Assembly: GCF_044324785.1 (NCBI RefSeq)
Contig: NZ_CP172127.1
Length of the DNA: 64,000 nt
Direction: 5' to 3' (one strand)
From: Escherichia coli
GTDB taxonomy: Bacteria > Pseudomonadota > Gammaproteobacteria > Enterobacterales > Enterobacteriaceae
Shown here piece after piece: positions 1-9,993 of this stretch (position 1 is the first letter of the stretch; each line of letters starts with the position of its first letter). The position numbers and the translations under genes were made by a program. The notes below the pieces were generated by a model that did no database searches, was not told where the DNA came from, and saw nothing but the letters and a program-made list of their open reading frames with translations.

Positions 1-508
1 ACAGCGCGCCGTGAACGAAGATTTCGATCTCCATATCTGGCACCTGATTGCGGATCTCTTCAATCTCTTCCAGCGACAGCTCGCGAGAGAGGATCACGCG
101 GGTCAGGCCCATTTGCTGCCAGAATTTCACCGTCGCCCAGTTCACGGCGTTAGCCTGTACCGAGAGATGGATCGGCATTTCAGGGAAGTGCTCACGCACC
201 AGCATAATCAGCCCAGGATCGGACATTATCAGCGCATCCGGCCCCATTTCCACCACCGGTTTCAGGTCACGGATAAAGGTTTTCAGCTTGGCGTTGTGCG
301 GTGCAATGTTGACCACGACATAAAACTTTTTCCCCAGCGCATGGGCTTCATTAATGCCGAGCTGAAGATTTTCGTGGTTGAATTCGTTGTTGCGCACACG
401 CAGGGAGTAACGCGGCTGGCCCGCATAAACAGCATCTGCGCCATAAGCGAAAGCGTAACGCATATTTTTCAGCGTTCCCGCCGGGGAAAGGAGTTCCGGT
501 TTAAACAT
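1..508 (-). CDS. yegQ: 23S rRNA 5-hydroxycytidine synthase / U32-family peptidase YegQ (RlhA), N-terminal part; gene continues beyond window start
   Basis: Minus-strand translation from ATG at 508..506 reads MFKPELLSPAGTLKNMRYAFAYGADAVYAGQPRYSLRVRNNEF..., which I recognise as the YegQ N-terminus. No stop inside the window, so it is absent from the ORF track. The + ORF 11..550 is its antisense shadow. Confidence 0.85.
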   Translation of the reverse strand, partial: MFKPELLSPAGTLKNMRYAFAYGADAVYAGQPRYSLRVRNNEFNHENLQLGINEAHALGKKFYVVVNIAPHNAKLKTFIRDLKPVVEMGPDALIMSDPGLIMLVREHFPEMPIHLSVQANAVNWATVKFWQQMGLTRVILSRELSLEEIEEIRNQVPDMEIEIFVHGAL

Positions 509-709
509 AATTCTCTCGTTCTGATGACAGGTCAGATCCGCTTCACCTGATGAAGCGGCCAGGGGAGTGCCCCCACTTTAAGGGCGGGCATTGTAGCGCA
601 ATCGTTGGGGTTGGCTCCAGTGTAATTGTGATGAGCTTTTCGATGCCTGGCGTACAATTGACATCAGAATTGAGTATATTTACGACCGTGAATGCTAAGG
701 AGTTAAAAC

Positions 710-1315
710 ATGTGGATGTTAAAGAAGGGAATCACGCTGGCTCTGTTGGTTCTGTTTTCTCTGCCCGCTACTGCCGGTCTTTCGCTGGAGGAGACTGCTC
801 GTAAGGTGATTATCGGCTTTCAGCAAAAAGATGCTCAATTAATCAACTCGTTAATTGATAAAAAAACGGGGTTGTATGTTCTCTTCCAGCGTGGCGCTTC
901 GATGGATGTCGAAAATTTTAAGTCAATTGATTTTAAAACGCCTGTTCCCGAGTATTTGCTGTGGCCTTCGGCAGGGGAACATATTCCGCGAGATGAAGAG
1001 TTTGATAAGAAAACTATCCCGGAATTTGACTGTGAACGTGGTTGGAATAAGCACGGATATTTTATTAGCAGCAGCGATACACACCATAAAGTCAGCCGTA
1101 ATTTGGTCTTCACGCAGATGTTTGGTTCACCGCGAAACACTATTTCTGATGCGCAGATTGCCGCAGCGCGTCGAATGGAGTACGGGGCCGTGCGTGTGGT
1201 CGCTGCGCCAGAAGGGGGTAGCGATGGACTGGTATTTTATTTAAGTCAACTTTACGGTTATGACCGTGACTGGTATCTGACGGTGGTGGATCAGATTGGT
1301 GATTGTGGGGCGTGA
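710..1315 (+). CDS. hypothetical secreted/periplasmic protein (201 aa) with N-terminal signal peptide
   Basis: ORF with strong SD (TAAGGAG at 696-702, 7 nt before ATG 710). N-terminus MWMLKKGITLALLVLFSLPATAG has a signal-peptide shape. No family recognised. Confidence 0.6.
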   Translation: MWMLKKGITLALLVLFSLPATAGLSLEETARKVIIGFQQKDAQLINSLIDKKTGLYVLFQRGASMDVENFKSIDFKTPVPEYLLWPSAGEHIPRDEEFDKKTIPEFDCERGWNKHGYFISSSDTHHKVSRNLVFTQMFGSPRNTISDAQIAAARRMEYGAVRVVAAPEGGSDGLVFYLSQLYGYDRDWYLTVVDQIGDCGA

Positions 1316-1345
1316 TAAAGATTTATTCGCCCGCAAGCAGTGATG

Positions 1346-2746
1346 CTATTTAAAAGGTATGTAACCCCTTAATCTGTTGTGAAGTTCCGGATTGCGGGTA
1401 AAAAGCGCCTGAAGTTGCTGACGCTGGGGAGCATTCGGTTGAATGCCCGAAAGATTGAAATTGCGTTGCCATATTGCGAGCTGTTTATCTGCAAATTCTT
1501 CAGTTAGTTTGTGTTGCGATTGCAGAAGAAGAATTAAACCGTCCCATTTGTTCAAGTTATGATACAACCGACAATATGCGCAAGCATGTTTAACTGACGG
1601 TGCGTTTTCCAGCAACTGACGTATTTCCTCGAACGTGAGCGGAACGCGACACCATACACAGATGTTAACCATAAATCGAAGCCCGGAGGCGTCCGGGTTA
1701 GCCAGTGTGGTCAGAATAATCCCTTTGGCACCACCATCAGGATTGGCTTTCGCAAGAATATACATAGCGGCTAATCGCAGTGGGAATACATCCTGTGATA
1801 ATCCCCATTCAGCCAGTTTTAAAATATTGGCATCATGAATGGAGTCCAGCCCGTATAAAGCTGCCCGGCGCTGTGAGGGAGTATATTCAGTCGAGGTGAC
1901 AACATGACGCCAGAATTGCGCAACATCCATGACGTCATTAAGCATGTTTTTAGCGCGTAGACGGATCAACATATTGTTATCCAGCAGTAATGCGCTGTAC
2001 AACGCCGGAGGAATTTCTATAGCTCGGTCAGTAAGGCTAAACAACGTTGCTTGTCGAATACGCGGCCAGCGGTCTTTTAACAGACGAGTTAATACCGCTT
2101 CGCTTAACGGTAATTGTTGACGCAGCCAGTGGGTGACCGCCAGCATTCGTAAACCTTCGTCGGGCTGCTTGAGTATTAAAAGCAGCGAAGATTCATCATT
2201 AAAGTAGCCATATTCAATCAGCGTTTGTAATACTGCGCGGGAGAGTTTTTTATCAGGGCAAGTAAGCCAACACGTTAATTGTGGACGGCTATTTTCTGTC
2301 AATAAAAATCTAAGTATCTCGTCTACAAATGCACGGTGATCGTAACGCTGGCATTGGAGAAGGTTACGTATCATGGGAAGATTAACGGCAAATGCCGCTG
2401 CATTCTTATCCTTCTTTAAATGACGTAACGCTATGGTTGCAGCAAGGCGAACCTCTTTTACCCAGTCATTAGCTGCAAGTAATAATTCTTCTATAGCTGC
2501 AACATCCTCTTTTTGTCCCAGACATTGCACGGCCTTTTCTCGTATATATCCATTGTGGTGATGGGTAAGCTGGCAAAGAACCAGAGTATCGTTGAGATCA
2601 CAATCATGCGCTATATAATTGCCTGGATCGGCTATCATCGCCTGGAGTTGTTGCTGGATAAGAAATAATTCACAGTCAACAGAATTATTCATTTCGACAT
2701 TAAACAAAACCCTGCGTGTAAATAATGTACGCAATCCTTTGAGCAT
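1346..2746 (-). CDS. hypothetical HEAT/armadillo-like repeat protein (466 aa)
   Basis: Long ORF with an AAGGA SD upstream of ATG 2746. Repeated alpha-helical motifs (VRLAATIALRHL, LRLAAMYILAKANPDGG, IRLRAKNML) typical of HEAT/PBS-lyase-like repeats. No U32 peptidase motifs. Confidence 0.65.
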   Translation of the reverse strand: MLKGLRTLFTRRVLFNVEMNNSVDCELFLIQQQLQAMIADPGNYIAHDCDLNDTLVLCQLTHHHNGYIREKAVQCLGQKEDVAAIEELLLAANDWVKEVRLAATIALRHLKKDKNAAAFAVNLPMIRNLLQCQRYDHRAFVDEILRFLLTENSRPQLTCWLTCPDKKLSRAVLQTLIEYGYFNDESSLLLILKQPDEGLRMLAVTHWLRQQLPLSEAVLTRLLKDRWPRIRQATLFSLTDRAIEIPPALYSALLLDNNMLIRLRAKNMLNDVMDVAQFWRHVVTSTEYTPSQRRAALYGLDSIHDANILKLAEWGLSQDVFPLRLAAMYILAKANPDGGAKGIILTTLANPDASGLRFMVNICVWCRVPLTFEEIRQLLENAPSVKHACAYCRLYHNLNKWDGLILLLQSQHKLTEEFADKQLAIWQRNFNLSGIQPNAPQRQQLQALFTRNPELHNRLRGYIPFK

Positions 2747-2868
2747 AATTTTCCTTATCAGTTATGAGGAGAAAACTCATTTCATGATTAATAATTTCTT
2801 GAGGGATAGTAACTCTGTGGTGAGAGAAAATAAAGCCGGACGCCAACAACCCACGCCCGGCATCGTAA

Positions 2869-3201
2869 TTACGTATTGTCTTTCACCGTCTGGCTTGTGC
2901 CATTGGCTTTAACGGAGGCAATTCCGGTTTCACGAGATTGCGCGGTGGCGTACATCTGGCTGGAGCCGATAATTTGATGATTGGCGGCTTTCAGATTGAA
3001 ATAGAATTTGCCGTTGCTTGCCGTTTTTTTCTCATAGCGTTCTTCTTGCGGGCTGTTGCTACGCACCGACGCGATGCCCTTTTCCGCAGAGGCTTTTGAT
3101 GTATACAGCTCGCTGGTGAGGATAGTCTCACCATTGCCCGCTTTTAGCACAAACCGAAATTGATTATCACTGCTCTTACTGAGTTCAAACCAACCAGCCA
3201 T
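2869..3201 (-). CDS. yegP: UPF0339/DUF1508 protein YegP (110 aa)
   Basis: Translation from ATG 3201 (AAGGAG SD 5 nt upstream) reads MAGWFELSKSSDNQFRFVLKAGNGE..., matching YegP. The track ORF is 13 codons longer via an upstream start. Confidence 0.85.
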   Translation of the reverse strand: MAGWFELSKSSDNQFRFVLKAGNGETILTSELYTSKASAEKGIASVRSNSPQEERYEKKTASNGKFYFNLKAANHQIIGSSQMYATAQSRETGIASVKANGTSQTVKDNT

Positions 3202-3336
3202 AATGACTCCTTGATTGAAATTGCGTATCGAAAACAGCATCTAAAAGGACTGTTTACCGATTAAAGTATGAGCGATTTTCTGGTGCCTGCCAGGGCGAAG
3301 AGATAATGTCAGTTTGCTGACCATGCGTGGAATAAT

Positions 3337-3372
3337 GTTGCCGGATGCGGCGTGAATGCCTTCTCCGGCAGG
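3337..3372. repeat. REP (repetitive extragenic palindrome) element between baeR and yegP
   Basis: Sequence GTTGCCGGATGCGGCGTGAATGCCTTCTCCGGCAGG matches the enterobacterial REP consensus (GCCGGATGCGGCGTGAACGCCTTATCCGGC). Confidence 0.6.
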
Positions 3373-3380
3373 TAAAAATG

Positions 3381-4103
3381 TTAAACGATGCGGCAGGCGT
3401 CGGCTTCCCAGCGGTAACCGACGCCGTAAACGGCGCGGATAAATGACTGTTCGGCGTCGAGAGATTCCAGCTTGCGACGCAGGTTTTTAATGTGGCTGTC
3501 GATGGTGCGGTCGGTTACTACGCGGTAGTCGTCATAAAGATGATTGAGCAATTGCTCGCGGGAGAACACTTTTCCTGGTTCATGAGAGAGCGTTTTCAGC
3601 AGACGAAATTCCGCAGGCGTCAGGTCAAGCATTTTACCGCGCCATGAAGCCTGAAAACGACCTTCGTCGATAATCAACGGGCTTTCAGCATCCTGTTGCT
3701 GCAACTCACGCTGCGGTTTGCAACGGCGCAAAATGGTTTTGACGCGCGCTACCACTTCCCGTGGGCTGTACGGTTTGCAGATGTAGTCATCTGCGCCAAT
3801 TTCCAGCCCCAGCAGGCGGTCGATCTCTTCGATTTTTGCTGTCACCATCACGATCGGAATGTCAGAAAAATGACGAATCTCCCGACACAGCGTCAGGCCA
3901 TCGGTACCTGGCAGCATCAGATCGAGCAGGATCAGATCCGGCGGCGACTGGTGAACGTAGGGCAGTACCTGATCGCCGTGGCTGATAAGCGTCGGCGCAT
4001 AGCTCGCAGCACGCAGATAATCAATGAGCAACTGCCCCAGCTTCGGTTCATCTTCCACGATCAAAATACGCGGTGTGTTTTCGTCGATTGGTAACTCGGT
4101 CAT
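3381..4103 (-). CDS. baeR: response regulator BaeR (OmpR family), 240 aa
   Basis: Full-length translation [26 protein letters not shown]... recognised as BaeR. 4-bp overlap with baeS. Confidence 0.95.
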   Translation of the reverse strand: MTELPIDENTPRILIVEDEPKLGQLLIDYLRAASYAPTLISHGDQVLPYVHQSPPDLILLDLMLPGTDGLTLCREIRHFSDIPIVMVTAKIEEIDRLLGLEIGADDYICKPYSPREVVARVKTILRRCKPQRELQQQDAESPLIIDEGRFQASWRGKMLDLTPAEFRLLKTLSHEPGKVFSREQLLNHLYDDYRVVTDRTIDSHIKNLRRKLESLDAEQSFIRAVYGVGYRWEADACRIV

Positions 4104-5503
4104 ACTTCTCTCTGTAAATCCCGTTCCAGCGGTAACTCTACTGTAATGCTTACCCCGCCAAAAGGCGAATGGGCAGCAATAATGCGGCCATTATGGGCTT
4201 CAACAATGTTCAGGCAAATCGCCAGCCCCAGCCCGGAACCGCCGCTGGCGCGGTTGCGGGAACCTTCGGTGCGATAAAAACGTTCAAACAATTTTTGTAG
4301 CTGATCGTCACTGACGCCCGGCGCGCTGTCAGCAAAGGTCAGGCGCACCGTTTTGTCGTGCTGCTCGGCAGAGATTTTCAGGCTGCCGCCACTGTCAGTG
4401 TAGCGCAGGCTGTTTTCCAGTAAGTTATTGAATAACTGCATTAAACGGTCGCGATCGCCAAATACGGTAATACTGTCTGGCAGGGAAAATTGCAGTTTCA
4501 GGCCACGGCTGGCGAATCGTTCGCGAAATGCGCCGCCCGCCACTTCCAGCAGTGGGATCAAATCTACCGGTGCTTTTTGATAGGCGAGAGCGCCTTCATC
4601 AGACATCGACAACTGATGGAGATCGTCAACCAGTTTGGTCAGTGTACCGACCTCCGCCTGTAAAGACGCCACCGTCTCCGGCGTGAATTTACGCACGCCA
4701 TCCTGAATGGCTTCCAGTTCACCGCGCAGCACCGCTAATGGCGTACGCAGTTCGTGAGAAATATCGGCCATAAAATCGCGCCGCATTTGCTGGTTTTTCT
4801 CCAGCGTGCTGGCAAGCTGGTTGAAGTCTTGCGCCAGTTTGCCCAGTTCATCTTCACTGGTGGGCGTCACGCGGGTTGTGAAATCGCCCGCCGCCAGTTT
4901 GTGCGTGCCGTCCACCAGCCGTTTGACCGGGGCCAACAGACCACGCGCCAGCAGAAAGGTGGCGAGCGCCGCGAGTAACGTTGCCAGGGCGACAATCAGC
5001 CAGCTGGTTTGCCGCTGTTGTTTATCGAAATTGATATCAGTATTGCGGGTCAGTCGCTCAACAGGGGAGGCAATCACCGCACCCACTTCCGCACCGTTGA
5101 CCAGAATGGGTCGCCGTGTACCGTCAGGTGGAATCGGCGCTCGCGGACCAACCAGCACTTTGTTGTTTTGATCAACCACCCAGAACTGAGTACGCCAGCC
5201 GTGTGGTGGCATACCCGGGCCGGGTTTATCTTCCGAATTATCGTGTTCAAATGAGCGCAGGATCTGAAAGACAAAGCGATCATTGTTGCGCAGGAAGCGC
5301 CAGTTGCCATGCTGCGCATACTGCTCGCCAAGCGCATCACTTAACAGTTGTAATCGCTGTTCATTACCATGCTTGATGTAATCAATAAAGCCACGCTCAA
5401 AACTGATACGCACCGCCCAGTGCATACTGATCAGCAAGACAATGCAGGTGGCGAAAATCGCCAGAAACAGTTTACCGGTAATACCGGGTCGCCAGAACTT
5501 CAT
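4100..5503 (-). CDS. baeS: sensor histidine kinase BaeS, 467 aa
   Basis: TM segments, H-box (SHELRTPL) and ATPase domain. Position between mdtD and baeR. Confidence 0.95.
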   Translation of the reverse strand: MKFWRPGITGKLFLAIFATCIVLLISMHWAVRISFERGFIDYIKHGNEQRLQLLSDALGEQYAQHGNWRFLRNNDRFVFQILRSFEHDNSEDKPGPGMPPHGWRTQFWVVDQNNKVLVGPRAPIPPDGTRRPILVNGAEVGAVIASPVERLTRNTDINFDKQQRQTSWLIVALATLLAALATFLLARGLLAPVKRLVDGTHKLAAGDFTTRVTPTSEDELGKLAQDFNQLASTLEKNQQMRRDFMADISHELRTPLAVLRGELEAIQDGVRKFTPETVASLQAEVGTLTKLVDDLHQLSMSDEGALAYQKAPVDLIPLLEVAGGAFRERFASRGLKLQFSLPDSITVFGDRDRLMQLFNNLLENSLRYTDSGGSLKISAEQHDKTVRLTFADSAPGVSDDQLQKLFERFYRTEGSRNRASGGSGLGLAICLNIVEAHNGRIIAAHSPFGGVSITVELPLERDLQREV

Positions 5504-6915
5504 TGCGCGCTCCTTTTTCGCCGCGAAATAGCTACATTTTGATGCGTATCGTTCGGCACTCTGGCAAAGATGAACGCCGGAAGGGCGATGATCAACGCCA
5601 TGCTAAGCCAGGTGTACATAAAGACGGTTTGTGTGGTGCCGCTGTCGATGCTGACATGCTGCGAACCAAAAAGCCCCAGCAACAGCCCGGCGATGGTGAC
5701 GCCGATACTCATCGACAATTGCATAATCATCGACAGCAGACTGTTGCCGCTGCTCGCCAGATTGTCCGGAAGATCTTTCAGCGTCAGGGTGTTCATGGAG
5801 GAGAAACGGGTCGAGTTGACCATCCCTTGTAAAAACAGGACGAACGGCAAAACGTAGTACCAGCCCAGCAGAGCGGTAGTCATAAACAATAGGGTGACCA
5901 GCGACAGACCCAGCGTGGTCGCCACCAGTACCCGACGATAACCAAAGCGATTCACTACCTGTACCACAATTCGCTTCATCCCCATGCTGCCGAGCACCAT
6001 CGGGATCATCATCAGTCCGGCATGAAACGGTGAGAAGCCAAGGCCAATTTGCAGGAAAACCGGCGTCATAAAGGGCAACATGCCGCTACCGATACGTCCG
6101 GCAAAACTCCCCGCCAGGCCCAGCGAAAAGGTACGAGTGCGGAACAGTTTCAGACTGAAAAGAGCGCGGTTGTTATTTCTGGCGTGCAGCAGATAAAGCA
6201 CCAGTGCTACCACGCCAACAGCGACCAGGCCAGTAATCGCCAGCGGCGATAAACCTGTACCTTTACTGCCATCCAGCGCCAGGGTTAATACCGCCATGCC
6301 AACCGCCAGCAATAAAAAGCCGGAAAGATCAAAGCGCCGCGTCTGCATGGTGTAGTTCGGCATCAACATTAGTGTTGCGATCGCACCGATAATCCCCACC
6401 GGAATGTTGATCAAAAAGATCCAGTGCCACGATGCGTACTCCACCAGCAGACCGCCGAGCGCCGGACCCAGCAGCGGACCGACCTGACCGGGCAGTGTGA
6501 CAAAGGTCATCGCCGCCATATATTGCTCGCGCGGTACGATTTTCATCACCGTCAATCTGCCGACCGGCACCATCATCGCACCGCCAACGCCCTGTAACGC
6601 GCGTGCCAGCAACAGTTCGTTTAGCGTGCCGGAAAGCGCGCAAAACAGTGAACCGAGAGTAAACAGTACGATGGCGGTAAAGAAAATATTGCGCACGCCG
6701 ACTTTGTCCGCCAGCCAGCCGCTGGCGGGCAGCATCACCGCCACGGTCAGCACATAAGAGACAATGACCATGTGCATATGCAACGGACTTTCCCCGAGGC
6801 TTTGCGCCATTGAGGGAAGCGCGGTGTTGACGATGGTGGTGTCCAGCGACTGCATAAAGAAGCCGAAAGCCACAATCCACAATTGCCAGCGGGTGCTGTC
6901 GGGAAGATCTGTCAT
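5500..6915 (-). CDS. mdtD: MFS transporter MdtD, 471 aa
   Basis: Hydrophobic multi-TM protein between mdtC and baeS. Overlaps baeS start by 4 bp. Confidence 0.93.
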   Translation of the reverse strand: MTDLPDSTRWQLWIVAFGFFMQSLDTTIVNTALPSMAQSLGESPLHMHMVIVSYVLTVAVMLPASGWLADKVGVRNIFFTAIVLFTLGSLFCALSGTLNELLLARALQGVGGAMMVPVGRLTVMKIVPREQYMAAMTFVTLPGQVGPLLGPALGGLLVEYASWHWIFLINIPVGIIGAIATLMLMPNYTMQTRRFDLSGFLLLAVGMAVLTLALDGSKGTGLSPLAITGLVAVGVVALVLYLLHARNNNRALFSLKLFRTRTFSLGLAGSFAGRIGSGMLPFMTPVFLQIGLGFSPFHAGLMMIPMVLGSMGMKRIVVQVVNRFGYRRVLVATTLGLSLVTLLFMTTALLGWYYVLPFVLFLQGMVNSTRFSSMNTLTLKDLPDNLASSGNSLLSMIMQLSMSIGVTIAGLLLGLFGSQHVSIDSGTTQTVFMYTWLSMALIIALPAFIFARVPNDTHQNVAISRRKRSAQ

Positions 6916-9900
6916 TTACTCGGTTACCGTTTGTTTAGGTTTACGCGAAAAACGCAGCCGCAGACGGTCGAAAAAGAGATACACCACCGGCGTGGTATAC
7001 AGCGTCAGAAGCTGGCTCATTACCAGACCGCCGACAATGGTGATCCCCAGGGGTTGGCGCAGCTCCGAACCGTCACCGCCCGACAATACCAGCGGCAGCG
7101 CGCCAAACAGCGCCGCCAGGGTAGTCATCATAATCGGGCGAAAACGCAGCAGACAGGCCTGGAAAATAGCTTCCTGCGGCGTCAGGTTACCGTGCCGTTG
7201 GGCTTCAAGCGCAAAATCGACCATCATAATGGCGTTTTTCTTCACGATGCCGATTAATAGCATGATCCCTATCAGGGCGATTAGGCTGAACGGGGCATTG
7301 AACAGCTCCAGCGCCAACAGCGCTCCAACGCCCGCCGAGGGCAGGGTGGAGAGAATCGTCAGCGGATGTACGTAACTCTCGTAAAGGATACCCAGCACGA
7401 TATACACCGTGGCGATGGCGGCGATAATCAGGATCACCTGCGAGTTCATCGTCTCCTGGAACACCTGCGCTGTTCCGGCAAAACTGCCGCGCACCGTCGA
7501 AGGCACGCCAAGTTGCGTCATTGCGCGATCGATCGCCGCACTGGCGTCCGAGAGCGATTTTCCGGTCGGCAGGTTAAACGAAATGGTCGAGGCTGCCGAT
7601 AACCCCTGATGATTCACCGACAGCGGAGCATTCGCCGGTTGCCATTTAGCGAAATACGACAGCGGGATCGCTTTTCCTTCGTTATTGATAACGAACATTT
7701 TTTCCAGCGCACTGATGTCCTGGGTATAGCGCGGATCCACTTCCATCACCACTTTATACTGGTTCATCGGCTGGTAAATGGTCGAGATTTGTCGCTGACC
7801 GAAGGCGTTATTTAACAGGCTGTTGGCGGCCTGCACGTCGATTCCCAGCCGTGCCATAGTGTCGCGGTCGTAAACCAGATTCATCTCCGCGCCGTTATCC
7901 TGCTGGTCGGAGTTCACGTCCGCCAGTTCCGGCAATGTCGCCAGTTTTTTGCGGATTTTCGGCTCCCATTCGCGCAGTGCCGCCAGGTCGTCGGACAGCA
8001 ACGTGTACTGATAGCTGGCGTTCGACTGACGTCCGCCAACGCGAATATCCTGTACCGCCATCAGGAACAGATTCGCCCCCGGTTCTTTCGCCAGCTTCAC
8101 CCGCAGACGGTCGATAATTTGCTGCGCCGTTTCGCTGCGTTCGCCGCGTGGCTTGAGGGTGATAAACATCATCCCGCTGTTCACCCGCGAACCGCCGGTA
8201 AATCCGGTGACATTATCCACTGCCGGATCGTCACGGATAATTTTCATGAAATCCTGCAACTTACCGCGCATCGCCTGAAACGAAATACTCTGATCCGCCT
8301 GTATCCCGCCCATCAACACGCCGGTGTCCTGCTCCGGGAAGAAGGTTTTCGGGATCGAGATATATAGCCAGATATTCAGCGCAATGGTGCCAAGCAGCAC
8401 CACGCCCACCAGACGGGTATGATTGAGCACCCATTTCAGTGACTTGCCGTAGCTTTGTTGCAGGGCTACCAACATGCGACCAAAACCACGCAGACGCTTT
8501 TGCTCGCGCGGCTTGCTGGCTTTCAGCATCCAGCCGCACATCATCGGCGTTAGCGTCAGGGAAACCAGCAACGAAATCCCAATGGCGACAGAAAGCGTCA
8601 CGGCAAATTCGCGTAACAGGCGGCCCGGCAATCCGCCCATCAACAGTAGCGGCAGGAACACCGCCACCAGTGACAGACTCATTGATAGCACCGTAAAGCC
8701 GACTTCACGGGTGCCTTGCAGCGCGGCCTGTAGCGGTTTCATCCCCGCTTCCAGATGACGGGCAATGTTTTCCAGCACCACGATGGCGTCATCCACCACA
8801 AAGCCAGTGGCGATGGTGAGCGCCATTAACGACAGGTTATTGAGACTGAATCCGCACAGGTACATCGCCGCAAAAGTACCAATCAGCGAAACCGGCACCG
8901 CAACGGCGGGAATAATAGTGGCGCGACCCGAGCGTAGGAATAAAAAGACCACCAGAATCACCAGCGCCACCGAGATAATCAACGTTTGCTCGACTTCCTC
9001 CAGCGAGGCGCGAATGGTGGGGGAGCGATCCTGAGCAATTTGCAGATCAATCGCCGCCGGAATGGTCTCCTGCAACTCCGGTAATTTTGCCCGGATGCTG
9101 TCAACCGTCTGGATAATATTGGCTTCCGGCAGCTTGCGGATCATCAGCAAAATAGCCGGTTTGGCGTTGGTCATCCCGGCGTTGCGCACATCCTGCACTG
9201 AGTCGGTCACCGTCGCCACATCGCCCAGACGAACCGCGCCGCCGTTGTTGTAATGAATAATTAACGGCTGATATTCAGCGGCGGTTTTTAGCTCATCATT
9301 GGTCTGGATCTGCCAGCGGTGAGTGCTATCTTCCAGCGCCCCCTGCGGTTTACGCACGTTGGCATTGCTGATGGCAGTGCGAACATCGTCCAGCGACACG
9401 CCCTGATTAAACAGCGCCTGCGGATTCAGCCCGACGCGCACGGCGGGCAGTGAGCTGCCGCCAACATCGACATCACCGACACCGTCGATTTGCGAAATCG
9501 TCGGAGCCAGCTGCGTCGAGGCGAAATCGTACAGTTCACCCTGCGAATAAGTATCGGATGTCAGCGTGAGGATCATAATTGGCGCATCCGACGGGTTCGC
9601 TTTGCGATAGGTCGGACGGCTGGGCATCCCACTGGGCAGCAAACTTTGTGCAGCGTTGATCGCCGCCTGCACATCACGCGCTGCGCCGTTGATATCCCGG
9701 TCAAAATCAAACTGCAAAATAATGCGCGTGCTGCCGAGCGAACTACTGGAGGTCATTTCACTAACCCCGGCAATGCGCCCAAGTGAGCGTTCCAGCGGTG
9801 TGGCAACGGAAGACGCCATTGTCTCCGGCGATGCACCGGGCAGCGAGGCGCTGACCATAATCACCGGAAAATCGACCTGTGGCAGCGGGGCGACCGGCAG

Positions 9901-9993
9901 CATACGGAAGCCCAGTATGCCGCACAGGGTAATGGCGACCGACAGTAAAATCGTCGCCACCGGGCGGTAAATGAAGAGGGCAAAAAACTTCAC
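6916..9993 (-). CDS. mdtC: RND multidrug efflux transporter MdtC, 1025 aa
   Basis: RND/AcrB-like 12-TM architecture with large periplasmic loops. Abuts mdtB and mdtD. Confidence 0.95.
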   Translation of the reverse strand: MKFFALFIYRPVATILLSVAITLCGILGFRMLPVAPLPQVDFPVIMVSASLPGASPETMASSVATPLERSLGRIAGVSEMTSSSSLGSTRIILQFDFDRDINGAARDVQAAINAAQSLLPSGMPSRPTYRKANPSDAPIMILTLTSDTYSQGELYDFASTQLAPTISQIDGVGDVDVGGSSLPAVRVGLNPQALFNQGVSLDDVRTAISNANVRKPQGALEDSTHRWQIQTNDELKTAAEYQPLIIHYNNGGAVRLGDVATVTDSVQDVRNAGMTNAKPAILLMIRKLPEANIIQTVDSIRAKLPELQETIPAAIDLQIAQDRSPTIRASLEEVEQTLIISVALVILVVFLFLRSGRATIIPAVAVPVSLIGTFAAMYLCGFSLNNLSLMALTIATGFVVDDAIVVLENIARHLEAGMKPLQAALQGTREVGFTVLSMSLSLVAVFLPLLLMGGLPGRLLREFAVTLSVAIGISLLVSLTLTPMMCGWMLKASKPREQKRLRGFGRMLVALQQSYGKSLKWVLNHTRLVGVVLLGTIALNIWLYISIPKTFFPEQDTGVLMGGIQADQSISFQAMRGKLQDFMKIIRDDPAVDNVTGFTGGSRVNSGMMFITLKPRGERSETAQQIIDRLRVKLAKEPGANLFLMAVQDIRVGGRQSNASYQYTLLSDDLAALREWEPKIRKKLATLPELADVNSDQQDNGAEMNLVYDRDTMARLGIDVQAANSLLNNAFGQRQISTIYQPMNQYKVVMEVDPRYTQDISALEKMFVINNEGKAIPLSYFAKWQPANAPLSVNHQGLSAASTISFNLPTGKSLSDASAAIDRAMTQLGVPSTVRGSFAGTAQVFQETMNSQVILIIAAIATVYIVLGILYESYVHPLTILSTLPSAGVGALLALELFNAPFSLIALIGIMLLIGIVKKNAIMMVDFALEAQRHGNLTPQEAIFQACLLRFRPIMMTTLAALFGALPLVLSGGDGSELRQPLGITIVGGLVMSQLLTLYTTPVVYLFFDRLRLRFSRKPKQTVTE

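Noticed and set aside
11-550. 179-aa + strand ORF at the window start
   Set aside because: It is the antisense shadow of yegQ, whose minus-strand translation gives a recognisable U32/RlhA N-terminus. No SD or recognisable domain on the + strand.
1346-2746. Possibility that the 466-aa ORF is yegQ itself
   Set aside because: yegQ is accounted for at 1..508 (minus), and this ORF has HEAT-like repeats rather than U32 peptidase motifs.
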